From: a virus
Taxonomy: Duplodnaviria > Heunggongvirae > Uroviricota > Caudoviricetes
IMG/VR virus record: IMGVR_UViG_3300025133_000019
Length of the DNA: 64,000 nt
Strand: one strand, 5' to 3'
Shown here: positions 48,624 through 57,279 of the stretch, piece after piece
Numbering within the stretch: position 1 is the stretch's first letter
How the letters are laid out: each line of letters starts with the position of its first letter
Position numbers and translations under genes: made by a program
The notes under the pieces: generated by a model
The model's input: only the letters and a program-made list of their open reading frames with translations
The model's database searches: none
Told to the model about the DNA's origin: nothing

Positions 48624-49885
48624 TGTGTGGGTTTTTAATATCCTCTCTAAACATTGAAAATCTGGAAGAGGTGAACTTTAAGCTGCGGAAAAGAGGGCCG
48701 GATTTTACTTTTAGGGCCTCGGTGGAGAGATTTACTGTTCTTCATAATCTGTTGGACATTTCTAAACAACTTCGGGTGCAGCCTTATGAGGAAGATGGAG
48801 TTTTTGTCCTTTTCAACGGAGAGTTCTATAACCCCAATATCTCTAACGAGGGTAAGTTTTTAGCTAAGGAGTATCTCGAAAAGGGAGAGACTTTTATAAG
48901 TTCTGTGGATGGAGAATTTGCTCTAGTGATAATAGATACTAAAAAAGAAGAAATCTTTCTTTTTACAGATACCTTCCGGACTAGACCTCTGTTTTACTCT
49001 TTAGACGGAGGAATATCTATATCCTCTTACGAGAGTTCCTTGCGCCTGATGGGATGTAATAACATTGTTGATCTAGATAACTCTAAAATGGTGAAGATCT
49101 CTTTCCAAGGAAAGGTTTTGCAGGAAGACGTTTATTTTGAGTTTGAAATAAAGGACGAGGTAAAAGATTTCGACAAAGTGTTTTCCAGCTTGGAAAAATC
49201 GGTAGTGAAAAGGACTAAGTCCCCCACTCCCTTCTTTATAGGGTTAAGCAGCGGGTATGACTCAGGAACTTTGTTAGCAGTTTTATTGAAATATGAGATA
49301 AAATTTGAGACTCTCACCTTGTGGTCTAAAGATGAGAGTCACGAGGTTTTGGAGAGAAGGCTTAAGCTATGTTACGATAATAACATAGGATCTATAAAAC
49401 TTAATTCTAGTTCCCCTGATCAGGAGTTAAATAGGGTGTGGTTGGCAGCTATAGTTGAGGAATACAAGTATGAATATGACGGGTCGTCCATCCTCAAAGA
49501 GCCTTCTAGTTTAGGATATATGTTGATGTTTAAAGAGGCGCTTAACAGGGGCTTGGGTATTTTTATGACTGGTCAGGGTGGAGATGAAGTTTTATCTAAT
49601 TACTCGTTAGAGTTTTCATTTGACAATTTAAGAGATGTGTTTCCATGGGAACATTTTTATAGGAATAGACAAAGGGATTTTATAAATCAAGTGGATAGGA
49701 TCTCAGGGTCATTGGGTATAGAGTCTAGGTATCCATTTTTAGATAAAAGCTTTGTCCAGGATTTTCTGAATCTAGATCCGAATATTAAAAACGGTAGTTA
49801 TAAGAGTGTTTTTCACGAGTATATGAACTCCCATGATATGCCTTTTAAGTGCGGACATAAAACGGGTATGGGTCATAGGTGGTAA
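48623..49885 (+). CDS. Asparagine synthetase B-like glutamine amidotransferase
   Basis: N-terminal MCG, RGPD, FNGEFYN, D.F..RPLFY; synthetase LSSGYDS, TGQGGDE, ESRYPFLD. Confidence 0.9.
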   Translation: MCGFLISSLNIENLEEVNFKLRKRGPDFTFRASVERFTVLHNLLDISKQLRVQPYEEDGVFVLFNGEFYNPNISNEGKFLAKEYLEKGETFISSVDGEFALVIIDTKKEEIFLFTDTFRTRPLFYSLDGGISISSYESSLRLMGCNNIVDLDNSKMVKISFQGKVLQEDVYFEFEIKDEVKDFDKVFSSLEKSVVKRTKSPTPFFIGLSSGYDSGTLLAVLLKYEIKFETLTLWSKDESHEVLERRLKLCYDNNIGSIKLNSSSPDQELNRVWLAAIVEEYKYEYDGSSILKEPSSLGYMLMFKEALNRGLGIFMTGQGGDEVLSNYSLEFSFDNLRDVFPWEHFYRNRQRDFINQVDRISGSLGIESRYPFLDKSFVQDFLNLDPNIKNGSYKSVFHEYMNSHDMPFKCGHKTGMGHRW

Positions 49886-51116
49886 AAATTGGCTTGATGT
49901 GCTACAATTTTGCATGCCTAGCTTATCAAGCGATCTTGATTCGGTGTTAATAACCAAAGATTCAGGTAATCGCTATTTAATATATAATAAAAACGATTTT
50001 ATATGCGGTACGGCATATTTCTCGGACTTGGACTGTATTTTAACTATCAAGATGTCTCCGGATTCCGGTATATTGCGTAGAGATATTCTCCTATGCTTTG
50101 CTGAAACTTTTTATCCGAGGTTTTTAGGTTTTGACGAGGAGTATACTAAAGGGATTGAGGAGAGGTTACCTCTAGAAAATTTAAACTATACTTTTCTTGG
50201 TAAAGACACCTGTAAATTGTGGTTTTGCAGGTCAGATCTAAGGCTTAACTTTAAAGGTCACGAAAAGGATCGCATCGGTAACTATATCATGGACCCTGAA
50301 AATAGCTCCTTCCTGGGATTGTCCGTAGTTGAATTATCTATCTCAGATGTGTGTAATAGGTCGTGCGTGTTTTGCCCTAGAGGGGTCCCAGGATCTTATT
50401 CACCCTCAAATAAGTTTATGGAGTTTTCTACAGTTGAAAAAATAATCAGAGAGCTTGACGACAAAGATTATAAAGGAGAAATTCACTTGTGCGGGTTCGG
50501 GGAGCCTATTTACCACCCTAAACTAATGGAGATAATAACCTTGATAAGTAATTTGTTACCCGAGTCTTACCTGGAGTTAACCACTAATGGGGATAGCTTA
50601 ATAGAGGATACTTTAGGTGATCTTGTATCATCTGGGCTGTCAAAGTTAGTTGTGAATTGTTACGACAGTCTATCGCAAATAGTTGGGAGAGATTCCTTTC
50701 TTAAATCCGTTGAGGGACTGAATTATAAAATAAGGCATCACGTTATAGACTGTTCGTTGTCCTTGGGGGATAATATGGACAACTTTGGGTTCACTAATAG
50801 AGGTGGCTCGGTAAAAGGTCAGGACCTTTCGGTTCCTCTTGATAAAGAGTGTTTTTATCCTTTTTACAAAATGACTGTAGATTGGTCCGGAGAAGTAGTT
50901 TTGTGCTGCAATGACTGGGGGAAAGAGTTTGGGCCAAATTTAAATCTTGTACATGCCAGCGTAGAAGATATTTGGTCTAGCGGTGAGTTTACGGATATAA
51001 GAATAAAGCTGTCCGAAAAAGATCGAAGCTCTTCTCCTTGCAATAAATGTAATGTTGATGGAACTCTAGTAGGCAAAGGAAGTTTTGAAGCTATCGTGAG
51101 TTCATGGAAGATATAA
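49833..51116 (+). CDS. Radical SAM/SPASM protein with an extra N-terminal domain
   Basis: CNRSCVFC, GFGEP, TTNG, NRGG; SPASM C.YPF...G.V.LCCND...PC.KC. The true start may be 49899 or 49914. Confidence 0.9.
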   Translation: MICLLSADIKRVWVIGGKNWLDVLQFCMPSLSSDLDSVLITKDSGNRYLIYNKNDFICGTAYFSDLDCILTIKMSPDSGILRRDILLCFAETFYPRFLGFDEEYTKGIEERLPLENLNYTFLGKDTCKLWFCRSDLRLNFKGHEKDRIGNYIMDPENSSFLGLSVVELSISDVCNRSCVFCPRGVPGSYSPSNKFMEFSTVEKIIRELDDKDYKGEIHLCGFGEPIYHPKLMEIITLISNLLPESYLELTTNGDSLIEDTLGDLVSSGLSKLVVNCYDSLSQIVGRDSFLKSVEGLNYKIRHHVIDCSLSLGDNMDNFGFTNRGGSVKGQDLSVPLDKECFYPFYKMTVDWSGEVVLCCNDWGKEFGPNLNLVHASVEDIWSSGEFTDIRIKLSEKDRSSSPCNKCNVDGTLVGKGSFEAIVSSWKI

Positions 51117-51784
51117 ATATTTATATAGGATGGGATTCTAGAGAAGTAGAAGCTTTTGATGTCTGTAGGGCATCATTAGGCAATGATTATAATGTAACCC
51201 CTCTAAAAGTGAGAGACTTGGAATCTAAAGGTATTTATTATAGAGATAAGGACCCTAAATCATCCACAGAATTCGCCTTTACTCGTTTTTTAGCTCCCCA
51301 TTTGAACAATTACTCTGGGTGGGCTCTTTTTTGTGATTGTGATTTCTTGTGGTTAGAGCCAGCTAAAAATCTTTTACGGTCAATAGATGATAGTAAAGCA
51401 GTGTTGGTGGTTAAACATAATTATATCCCGCCTAATGATTTTAAAATGGATGGGCAAGTTCAATACAGATACCCCCGTAAAAATTGGAGTTCTTTGGTTT
51501 TGTGGAATTGCAGTCACCCTGCCAATAAAAAATTAGACGTGAATTTAGTTAATACAGAATCTGGAATGTACCTCCATAGATTTTCATGGTTGGAGGACAG
51601 TTTAATAGGAGAATTAAGCTTGGAATGGAATTGGTTAGTTGGTTGGCATAAGTCTCCCGAAGACGGAATACCCAAAGCTTTGCACTTTACCGAGGGAGGA
51701 CCTTGGTTAGATAATTACAGGGATTGTGAGTATTCTGATGTTTGGAGAGAGTACAAGGAGAAAATTGAAAATGATAACCAGTAG
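51104..51784 (+). CDS. GT-A glycosyltransferase (GT8/CDI-like)
   Basis: IYIGWDSRE, STEF.FTRFL.P, GWALFCDCD (DxD), YPRKNWSS, EWNWLVG, HFTEGGPW. Confidence 0.88.
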   Translation: MEDINIYIGWDSREVEAFDVCRASLGNDYNVTPLKVRDLESKGIYYRDKDPKSSTEFAFTRFLAPHLNNYSGWALFCDCDFLWLEPAKNLLRSIDDSKAVLVVKHNYIPPNDFKMDGQVQYRYPRKNWSSLVLWNCSHPANKKLDVNLVNTESGMYLHRFSWLEDSLIGELSLEWNWLVGWHKSPEDGIPKALHFTEGGPWLDNYRDCEYSDVWREYKEKIENDNQ

Positions 51785-52685
51785 AATAGACAATGTTACA
51801 GAAGTAGGAGACGAACATAGAAAGATAGATCCGCCTTACCCAAAGTCTGTAAAAATAGAGTTAACAGGGAGATGTAATCTTAAGTGTGAGTTTTGTGCTC
51901 ATAAAGATGGGTTAAGAGATGTATCGGACATTAAATGGGAGTTTTTTACCAGAATTGTGGAAGAACTTCATTCAATTGGGGTGAAGGAATTGGGAATGTT
52001 TTATCTGGGAGAGTCCTTACTATATAAAAAATTGCCAGAGGCAATAAAATATGCTAAAGATTTAGGTATTTCTTATGTTTTTCTAACTACCAATGGAGTC
52101 ACTAATAATTTTGACAGACTAAAAGGAGCGGTAGACTGCGGATTAGACTCTCTTAAGTTCTCCCTGAACTTTTGTGACGATGACCAGTTTAAAGAGGTGA
52201 CTGGGCTGAAGACTTCAAAACTAGATCTAGTAGTGGAGAATATTAAAAATATAAGTGAGTATATTAAAGAGAGCGGGTCTAAGTGTAAGGTATATGCTTC
52301 TTCTATTAGGTATTCTGATGAGCAGGTCGAGAGAATGGCGCCTCTGCTGGAAACTATGTCTGGATTTTTAGATGAGCACTATTGGTTGCCCCTATATGGG
52401 CAGGCTGGATTAGTTCCTTTTGAGGGTATGGACGGCGGTAATGTCGGGAGATTTGGTAATATGGTTTCTCCAATTCCATGTTGGACTTTATTTACAGAGG
52501 GACATATAACGTATGACGGCAGGCTATCTGCCTGCTGTTTTGATCATGACGGTAGGTTTGATATGGGAGATTTAAACACATCCTCTTTTATGGAGCTGTG
52601 GGGAAGTGAGAAATTTAAAAGCCTTAGAGAATGTCATTTGAGAGGCGATATTATAAATACAGTATGTGATGGATGTTTTGGTTAA
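51771..52685 (+). CDS. Radical SAM/SPASM protein
   Basis: CNLKCEFC, YLGES, LTTNG; SPASM PCW.LF...DG.LSACCFD...C.GC; SD aaggag before ATG 51771. Confidence 0.9.
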   Translation: MITSRIDNVTEVGDEHRKIDPPYPKSVKIELTGRCNLKCEFCAHKDGLRDVSDIKWEFFTRIVEELHSIGVKELGMFYLGESLLYKKLPEAIKYAKDLGISYVFLTTNGVTNNFDRLKGAVDCGLDSLKFSLNFCDDDQFKEVTGLKTSKLDLVVENIKNISEYIKESGSKCKVYASSIRYSDEQVERMAPLLETMSGFLDEHYWLPLYGQAGLVPFEGMDGGNVGRFGNMVSPIPCWTLFTEGHITYDGRLSACCFDHDGRFDMGDLNTSSFMELWGSEKFKSLRECHLRGDIINTVCDGCFG

Positions 52686-52691
52686 GCGACC

Positions 52692-54548
52692 ATGTTAGTT
52701 CAGTTAAAAGCCAGGAAGAAAGACGTGTCTTCCTTAAAAGTTCCTAGTTTACGAGATGGCCTGGAGCTTAAGGACTATCAGAAAGTAGGAGCAGCAGCTC
52801 TTTTTTATTCCCCTCACTTAGTTTTATGGGATCAAGTTGGCTTAGGAAAGTCGGTGACTTCCTTTTCAGCTTATGTTCTTAAGAAAGCTCTAAATCCTGA
52901 TTTAAAGCTTGTTTACACCACTGTAAGCTCTGGCCTTCTTCAAGCGGAAGAGGAGTTCCACAAATTTTTTAAAGATTTCAAGACCTGCTCAATCACTTCC
53001 TCCCATCTTTTTGAATATTCAGAGGGGGAGTGTAAGAAAACTAGAAGATTTAAGAGCAAGCAGGATAGGAAGGATTGGTGGGAGCACAGCGACTTTGATT
53101 GTTATTTTGTTGGCCACACTCTATTTAAGCTGGATTCTCCTTATATAGGGTACTATTTGCGACCCTATGCCCTAGTTCTAGATGAGGCTAACTATTTTAA
53201 AGGTGTGAATCCGATAGTCGGTAAGTCCATACTAGAAAAGCAGAGGACTAATAAGAGGCTATCCAAAACTGAACAAGAGAATTTTTGTTCCATTGCCCAT
53301 AAACGGGCCAAACAATTAGCGAGAAAAGCGGAGGCCACATGGCTACTCACAGCCGATCCACTAGAAAACTCCATAAAAGATCTTTATGGTCTTATTGATA
53401 TTATAGATGAAGATGTCTATGGTGACAGTGAAGTATTTGTTAAGAACTTTTGCCATACCCACACATTCAGGGTTTCAATGCCTTCCTGGGGTAAAGGTAG
53501 ATACGCAGAGATAGAGTCCATTACAGGTTTTAAAAATAAACCTGAATTCAAACGTAGGTTCCATTCTAAGTCTCTTGGAAGAACTAGGAACGATGTAAGA
53601 GTTGAATTGCCTGATTTACAAGTAAGAAATATAATACTTGATCTTCCGGATAAGCAACTAAAGTTATACAAGAAGGCTGAAGAAGGTATTTTCTCTTCTA
53701 TGAAAGGATTTACTAAGTCAGTCACCTTTAAGGAACGTGATTCTATTGCTTTAGAGAATGCTATTAGATGCCAGCAGTTTTTAGGGTGTCCCACTAAAAT
53801 ACGGGAGATGATAGATAACTCTAAGGGCTCTCTCAGCAAAAATAGCAAAGAGTATTCCAAGAAAAGAGTAAACAAGCTTAAAAAGAGTACTGGAGATGTA
53901 GTTGGTTTCGTTTCCCAGGACGAAGGAGACGAGTATGTTCAGGAATGGGGCAACCAATTTGATTGGCTATTAAAGGTTTTAGATCTCTATAATTTAGAGA
54001 CTACTGTTAAATTAGAGGAGATAAAAAGACTCCTTTTAGACGAAGTAGCCGGACAAAAAGTTATTATTTATTCTAGCTTCCTTACAGTGATAGACTATTT
54101 GGAAGAGAGGTTGGCAGGATTAAAACCTGATTCCCAAGACAAAACTTCTAAACCCCTAAAAATTCTGAGAATAACGGGGAGAGAAGATCAAGAAGAGAGG
54201 AACAAAAATAGAAAGCTCTTTACAGAGTCAGATGATTACAATATACTTCTAGTTACAACCGCAGCAGTGAAAGCTTTGAATCTTCAGGCTGCAAGTATTA
54301 TTATCTGCCACGACTATCCAATGACGTGGGGAAAACTTAGACAATTAGTAGGTAGAATGGTTAGAATAGGATCGGATCACCCCATGGTTAGTTTGATCTG
54401 TTTAATAGCCAGAGATACAGTGGACCAAGATATGTTCGATAAGCTTTATCATACGCAGAATGATGTGGAATATATTATTGGAGCATTAGACAAAGATAAA
54501 ATTATACAAGACCAGAGTTCCTTGGACCATACAGATTTTGAAAAATGA
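52692..54548 (+). CDS. SNF2-family (SF2) helicase
   Basis: LKDYQ, DQVGLGKS, VLDEA, LTADPLEN, KVIIYS, LNLQAA, QLVGRMVRIG. Confidence 0.92.
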   Translation: MLVQLKARKKDVSSLKVPSLRDGLELKDYQKVGAAALFYSPHLVLWDQVGLGKSVTSFSAYVLKKALNPDLKLVYTTVSSGLLQAEEEFHKFFKDFKTCSITSSHLFEYSEGECKKTRRFKSKQDRKDWWEHSDFDCYFVGHTLFKLDSPYIGYYLRPYALVLDEANYFKGVNPIVGKSILEKQRTNKRLSKTEQENFCSIAHKRAKQLARKAEATWLLTADPLENSIKDLYGLIDIIDEDVYGDSEVFVKNFCHTHTFRVSMPSWGKGRYAEIESITGFKNKPEFKRRFHSKSLGRTRNDVRVELPDLQVRNIILDLPDKQLKLYKKAEEGIFSSMKGFTKSVTFKERDSIALENAIRCQQFLGCPTKIREMIDNSKGSLSKNSKEYSKKRVNKLKKSTGDVVGFVSQDEGDEYVQEWGNQFDWLLKVLDLYNLETTVKLEEIKRLLLDEVAGQKVIIYSSFLTVIDYLEERLAGLKPDSQDKTSKPLKILRITGREDQEERNKNRKLFTESDDYNILLVTTAAVKALNLQAASIIICHDYPMTWGKLRQLVGRMVRIGSDHPMVSLICLIARDTVDQDMFDKLYHTQNDVEYIIGALDKDKIIQDQSSLDHTDFEK

Positions 54549-55201
54549 CATTCGATTTTAAATTACTTAAAAAATGTAAACCAGATCTTAGCGATGCTGA
54601 GTATGTTTGCCCTTTGTGCAAGGGCAATAAATTTCTCACTCTAAAAGATAGCCAAAAAAAGGTTAAATGTGTGTGCTACTTGTATATAAACTCTTTTTCG
54701 GTATTAGGAAAAGATTTGTATCAAAGCTACGAGATACTAGATCCAGAATCTGAGGAGAAAAAGAAATTAGATCTGTCTTCTTGCTGGGGGAAAAATTCAT
54801 ATTTCTGCATCCCAAAGGGAGTACGAGAATTCAAGCCTTACTTAGCCCAAACTATAATGGAAACTCATTCTAAGTCGAAAAGGAAAAATTTTAGATTTGC
54901 TTACGAAGAGTTTTTTGAACTCATGCAAATATATTTTGGACATAGAAAAGAAAGATATTCTGACTTACTTGATTTCATTAGTGTTAATAATGCGTTCTTT
55001 ATTCGAGTAGGAGATACAGAGATGCCGAATAGCCATTTAGATCAGGCTCTAAGGCAATTTCTAAACATTGTTTCACATCAATCAGATAAATTTGTGTGGC
55101 TTATCTCGTCTCATAAGCCTAGTAGTGAAGCAATTAAAAAATGGTATGGAGACGAAATTTTAGAGTTGATTAAGGACTTTAAAAAGGAACAAATAAAGTA
55201 G
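54545..55201 (+). CDS. Putative degenerate helicase loader (DnaC/DnaI-like) with Zn-binding N terminus
   Basis: CPLCKG...KCVC N-terminal; directly upstream of DnaB; no intact Walker A. Confidence 0.45.
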   Translation: MTFDFKLLKKCKPDLSDAEYVCPLCKGNKFLTLKDSQKKVKCVCYLYINSFSVLGKDLYQSYEILDPESEEKKKLDLSSCWGKNSYFCIPKGVREFKPYLAQTIMETHSKSKRKNFRFAYEEFFELMQIYFGHRKERYSDLLDFISVNNAFFIRVGDTEMPNSHLDQALRQFLNIVSHQSDKFVWLISSHKPSSEAIKKWYGDEILELIKDFKKEQIK

Positions 55202-55204
55202 ACT

Positions 55205-56680
55205 ATGTCAAAGGAAGAGAACTATTATACTATCATAAGGGCTCTGATTAGAGTAGGTCCGGGAGAGGACTCAGATTCTATTCAGAGGTATTATGGAAGA
55301 CTTGTAAAATACGGTATAGAACCAGAAGAACAATTCAAGTTCTTTTTTGATTTTATTCACGATTACTACAGGTCAAGTGCTGGGTTTCCTAGATATCGTC
55401 AATTAAAGCAAAAACTTTCCGAAAAAGGAGAGATAAACAAGGAAAAGAAGTTAGAAGCGATAAAAGAAATGGAAGTCCCTGAATTAGGGGATTTTATTTT
55501 CTCGCTAGACGAGATAAGAAAGCTTCAGATCAAGACAAATTTAGAACGTATATGCGAAAATGCTCTGGATTCTCTTGATGTATCTAAAAGTGATTTGAAT
55601 AATGAGCTTATCGGGGAAACCATCGCATCATTAATGGTGGAAGCGAGTAAGCTAGACCCTGCGAGGGCATTTGACGATTCTTTTATTTCAGGAGCTATCA
55701 CAGAATCTTATAAAAGTTATGTAAAGGAAACTGAAGACAAGAAGTTGAATAAAGCTTCTCAGCAAGCAGTCCTTTCAGGAGTAGATATTTTAGATATGTA
55801 TTTAGGTGGTATTAGTCCAGGTAATCTGGTGTTTGTATGTGGCTATACCGGAAACTTTAAAACTGGTGCGTGTGTTAATTGGGCGTTGAACGCTTTTCTA
55901 CAAGGTAAAAACGTTTTGTATATTACCATGGAGAACTCTTATTCAGAGTTAAGGGCTCAGGTATTGAGTTCTCATGCTTGTAATCCTAGGTTCAACCCTA
56001 AGAATATAGAGATTCCAACTCATTCACAAATTCACAAAGCAACTTTCTCTAAAGATCAGGAAAGGTTTATAGACGAGGTTTATCAAGATATCCTAGAGAA
56101 CTCTGGTGAGTCTTTTGGAAATCTTTTTATACATCAACCAGAAAAAGTTGATTATACTTTGAGTGACGTAAGGAATACTTGTATTCGTTATAATAACGAG
56201 TGTGACGGAAAGCTAGATCTACTAGTATTAGACAGTCCAGGGCTTCTTTCCGTTGAAAAAGGTCCTCGTGATTTTAATAGTCGCAATTGGATTATTCGAC
56301 AACTAAAGATGTTTGCTAATGGATTTAACAATGGAGCAGGTTTAGCTGTTCTGGCTCCTCATCAGATTAACAGAGATGGTTATCAACGAGCCAAGGCTAA
56401 TGATGGTATATTCGATCACAAGTGTGTCGCTGATCTTAATGAAGTTGAGCGAAGTGCAGACGGTTTAATTACTCTTTACTTAGATGAGGAACTCAGGAAA
56501 GTTGGACAAATAAAAGTCCAATTTCTAAAGACTAGGCATGAAGATATGCCTAGCGAACCCTTTCTAGTGAGTGTAGACTTGGGCCGTAGAAAATGGGGCG
56601 ATGATTACGGGGATCTAGATTTAACTGATATCTTGAATGACAACATTCTTGAGCAGATTGATTGGGACCCAGATAATTAA
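55205..56680 (+). CDS. dnaB: DnaB-like replicative helicase
   Basis: GGISPGNL, Walker A GYTGNFKT, YITME, LLVLD, HQINR, ERSAD, LKTR. Confidence 0.92.
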   Translation: MSKEENYYTIIRALIRVGPGEDSDSIQRYYGRLVKYGIEPEEQFKFFFDFIHDYYRSSAGFPRYRQLKQKLSEKGEINKEKKLEAIKEMEVPELGDFIFSLDEIRKLQIKTNLERICENALDSLDVSKSDLNNELIGETIASLMVEASKLDPARAFDDSFISGAITESYKSYVKETEDKKLNKASQQAVLSGVDILDMYLGGISPGNLVFVCGYTGNFKTGACVNWALNAFLQGKNVLYITMENSYSELRAQVLSSHACNPRFNPKNIEIPTHSQIHKATFSKDQERFIDEVYQDILENSGESFGNLFIHQPEKVDYTLSDVRNTCIRYNNECDGKLDLLVLDSPGLLSVEKGPRDFNSRNWIIRQLKMFANGFNNGAGLAVLAPHQINRDGYQRAKANDGIFDHKCVADLNEVERSADGLITLYLDEELRKVGQIKVQFLKTRHEDMPSEPFLVSVDLGRRKWGDDYGDLDLTDILNDNILEQIDWDPDN

Positions 56681-57258
56681 TGGCTAGCAAACGAACATTA
56701 CGGCTTAGGAGAGTGAGAGACAAAGTCTCTATGGTGGATTGCTACCCTGTTATAACCGGGGAACAAGTAGTCTTCTATTCTGATTCTCCTAGGCAAGTTC
56801 GTTGCCTCATACACGGGCAGGATTTACATCCTTCGGCTCGTATATACCCTGACTCAGGGCTGTTTTATTGTCATGGATGTAAATTAAGCTTGAATTCCAT
56901 TGGTTATTACATGAATTACAATGGATTTGAGTTCACTGACAATCCCGAAGTAGAAAGTATGCTTCTGTTTTTTGAACAGACTTTTGATTTAGACCAGCAT
57001 GATTTGGACCAGTTTTCACGAGATAGTGACGAAGACGAAGAAATTAGTATAGATTACCAATACGAATTTAAAAAGATGTGGTTTGATACTAATGATTTGG
57101 CTTGCAAGATTAAAGATAAGTGTAGGCAAGAAGTTTTTAACTACTTGGACAGGTCTTGGGACATGGCTTTGGGACCACAGAAAAAATTTAGAAGGGCATG
57201 GCAGTTTTTATTTAAATTAAAAGAAACTTATTTAGAAGAATTTAGTAAGCTATCGTAA
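56680..57258 (+). CDS. Stand-alone CHC2 zinc-finger protein (primase N-terminal-like)
   Basis: CLIH.QD..PSA......FYCHGC; no TOPRIM domain in 192 aa. Confidence 0.8.
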   Translation: MASKRTLRLRRVRDKVSMVDCYPVITGEQVVFYSDSPRQVRCLIHGQDLHPSARIYPDSGLFYCHGCKLSLNSIGYYMNYNGFEFTDNPEVESMLLFFEQTFDLDQHDLDQFSRDSDEDEEISIDYQYEFKKMWFDTNDLACKIKDKCRQEVFNYLDRSWDMALGPQKKFRRAWQFLFKLKETYLEEFSKLS

Positions 57259-57279
57259 TTACTACAGGAAATTTATTTT

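Noticed and set aside
48623-52685. RiPP (lasso peptide or ranthipeptide) cluster suggested by AsnB-like plus SPASM enzymes
   Set aside because: The AsnB-like protein keeps the glutaminase Cys (MCG); no precursor peptide, RRE/PqqD, B2 protease or transporter is visible; the neighbours are glycosyltransferases
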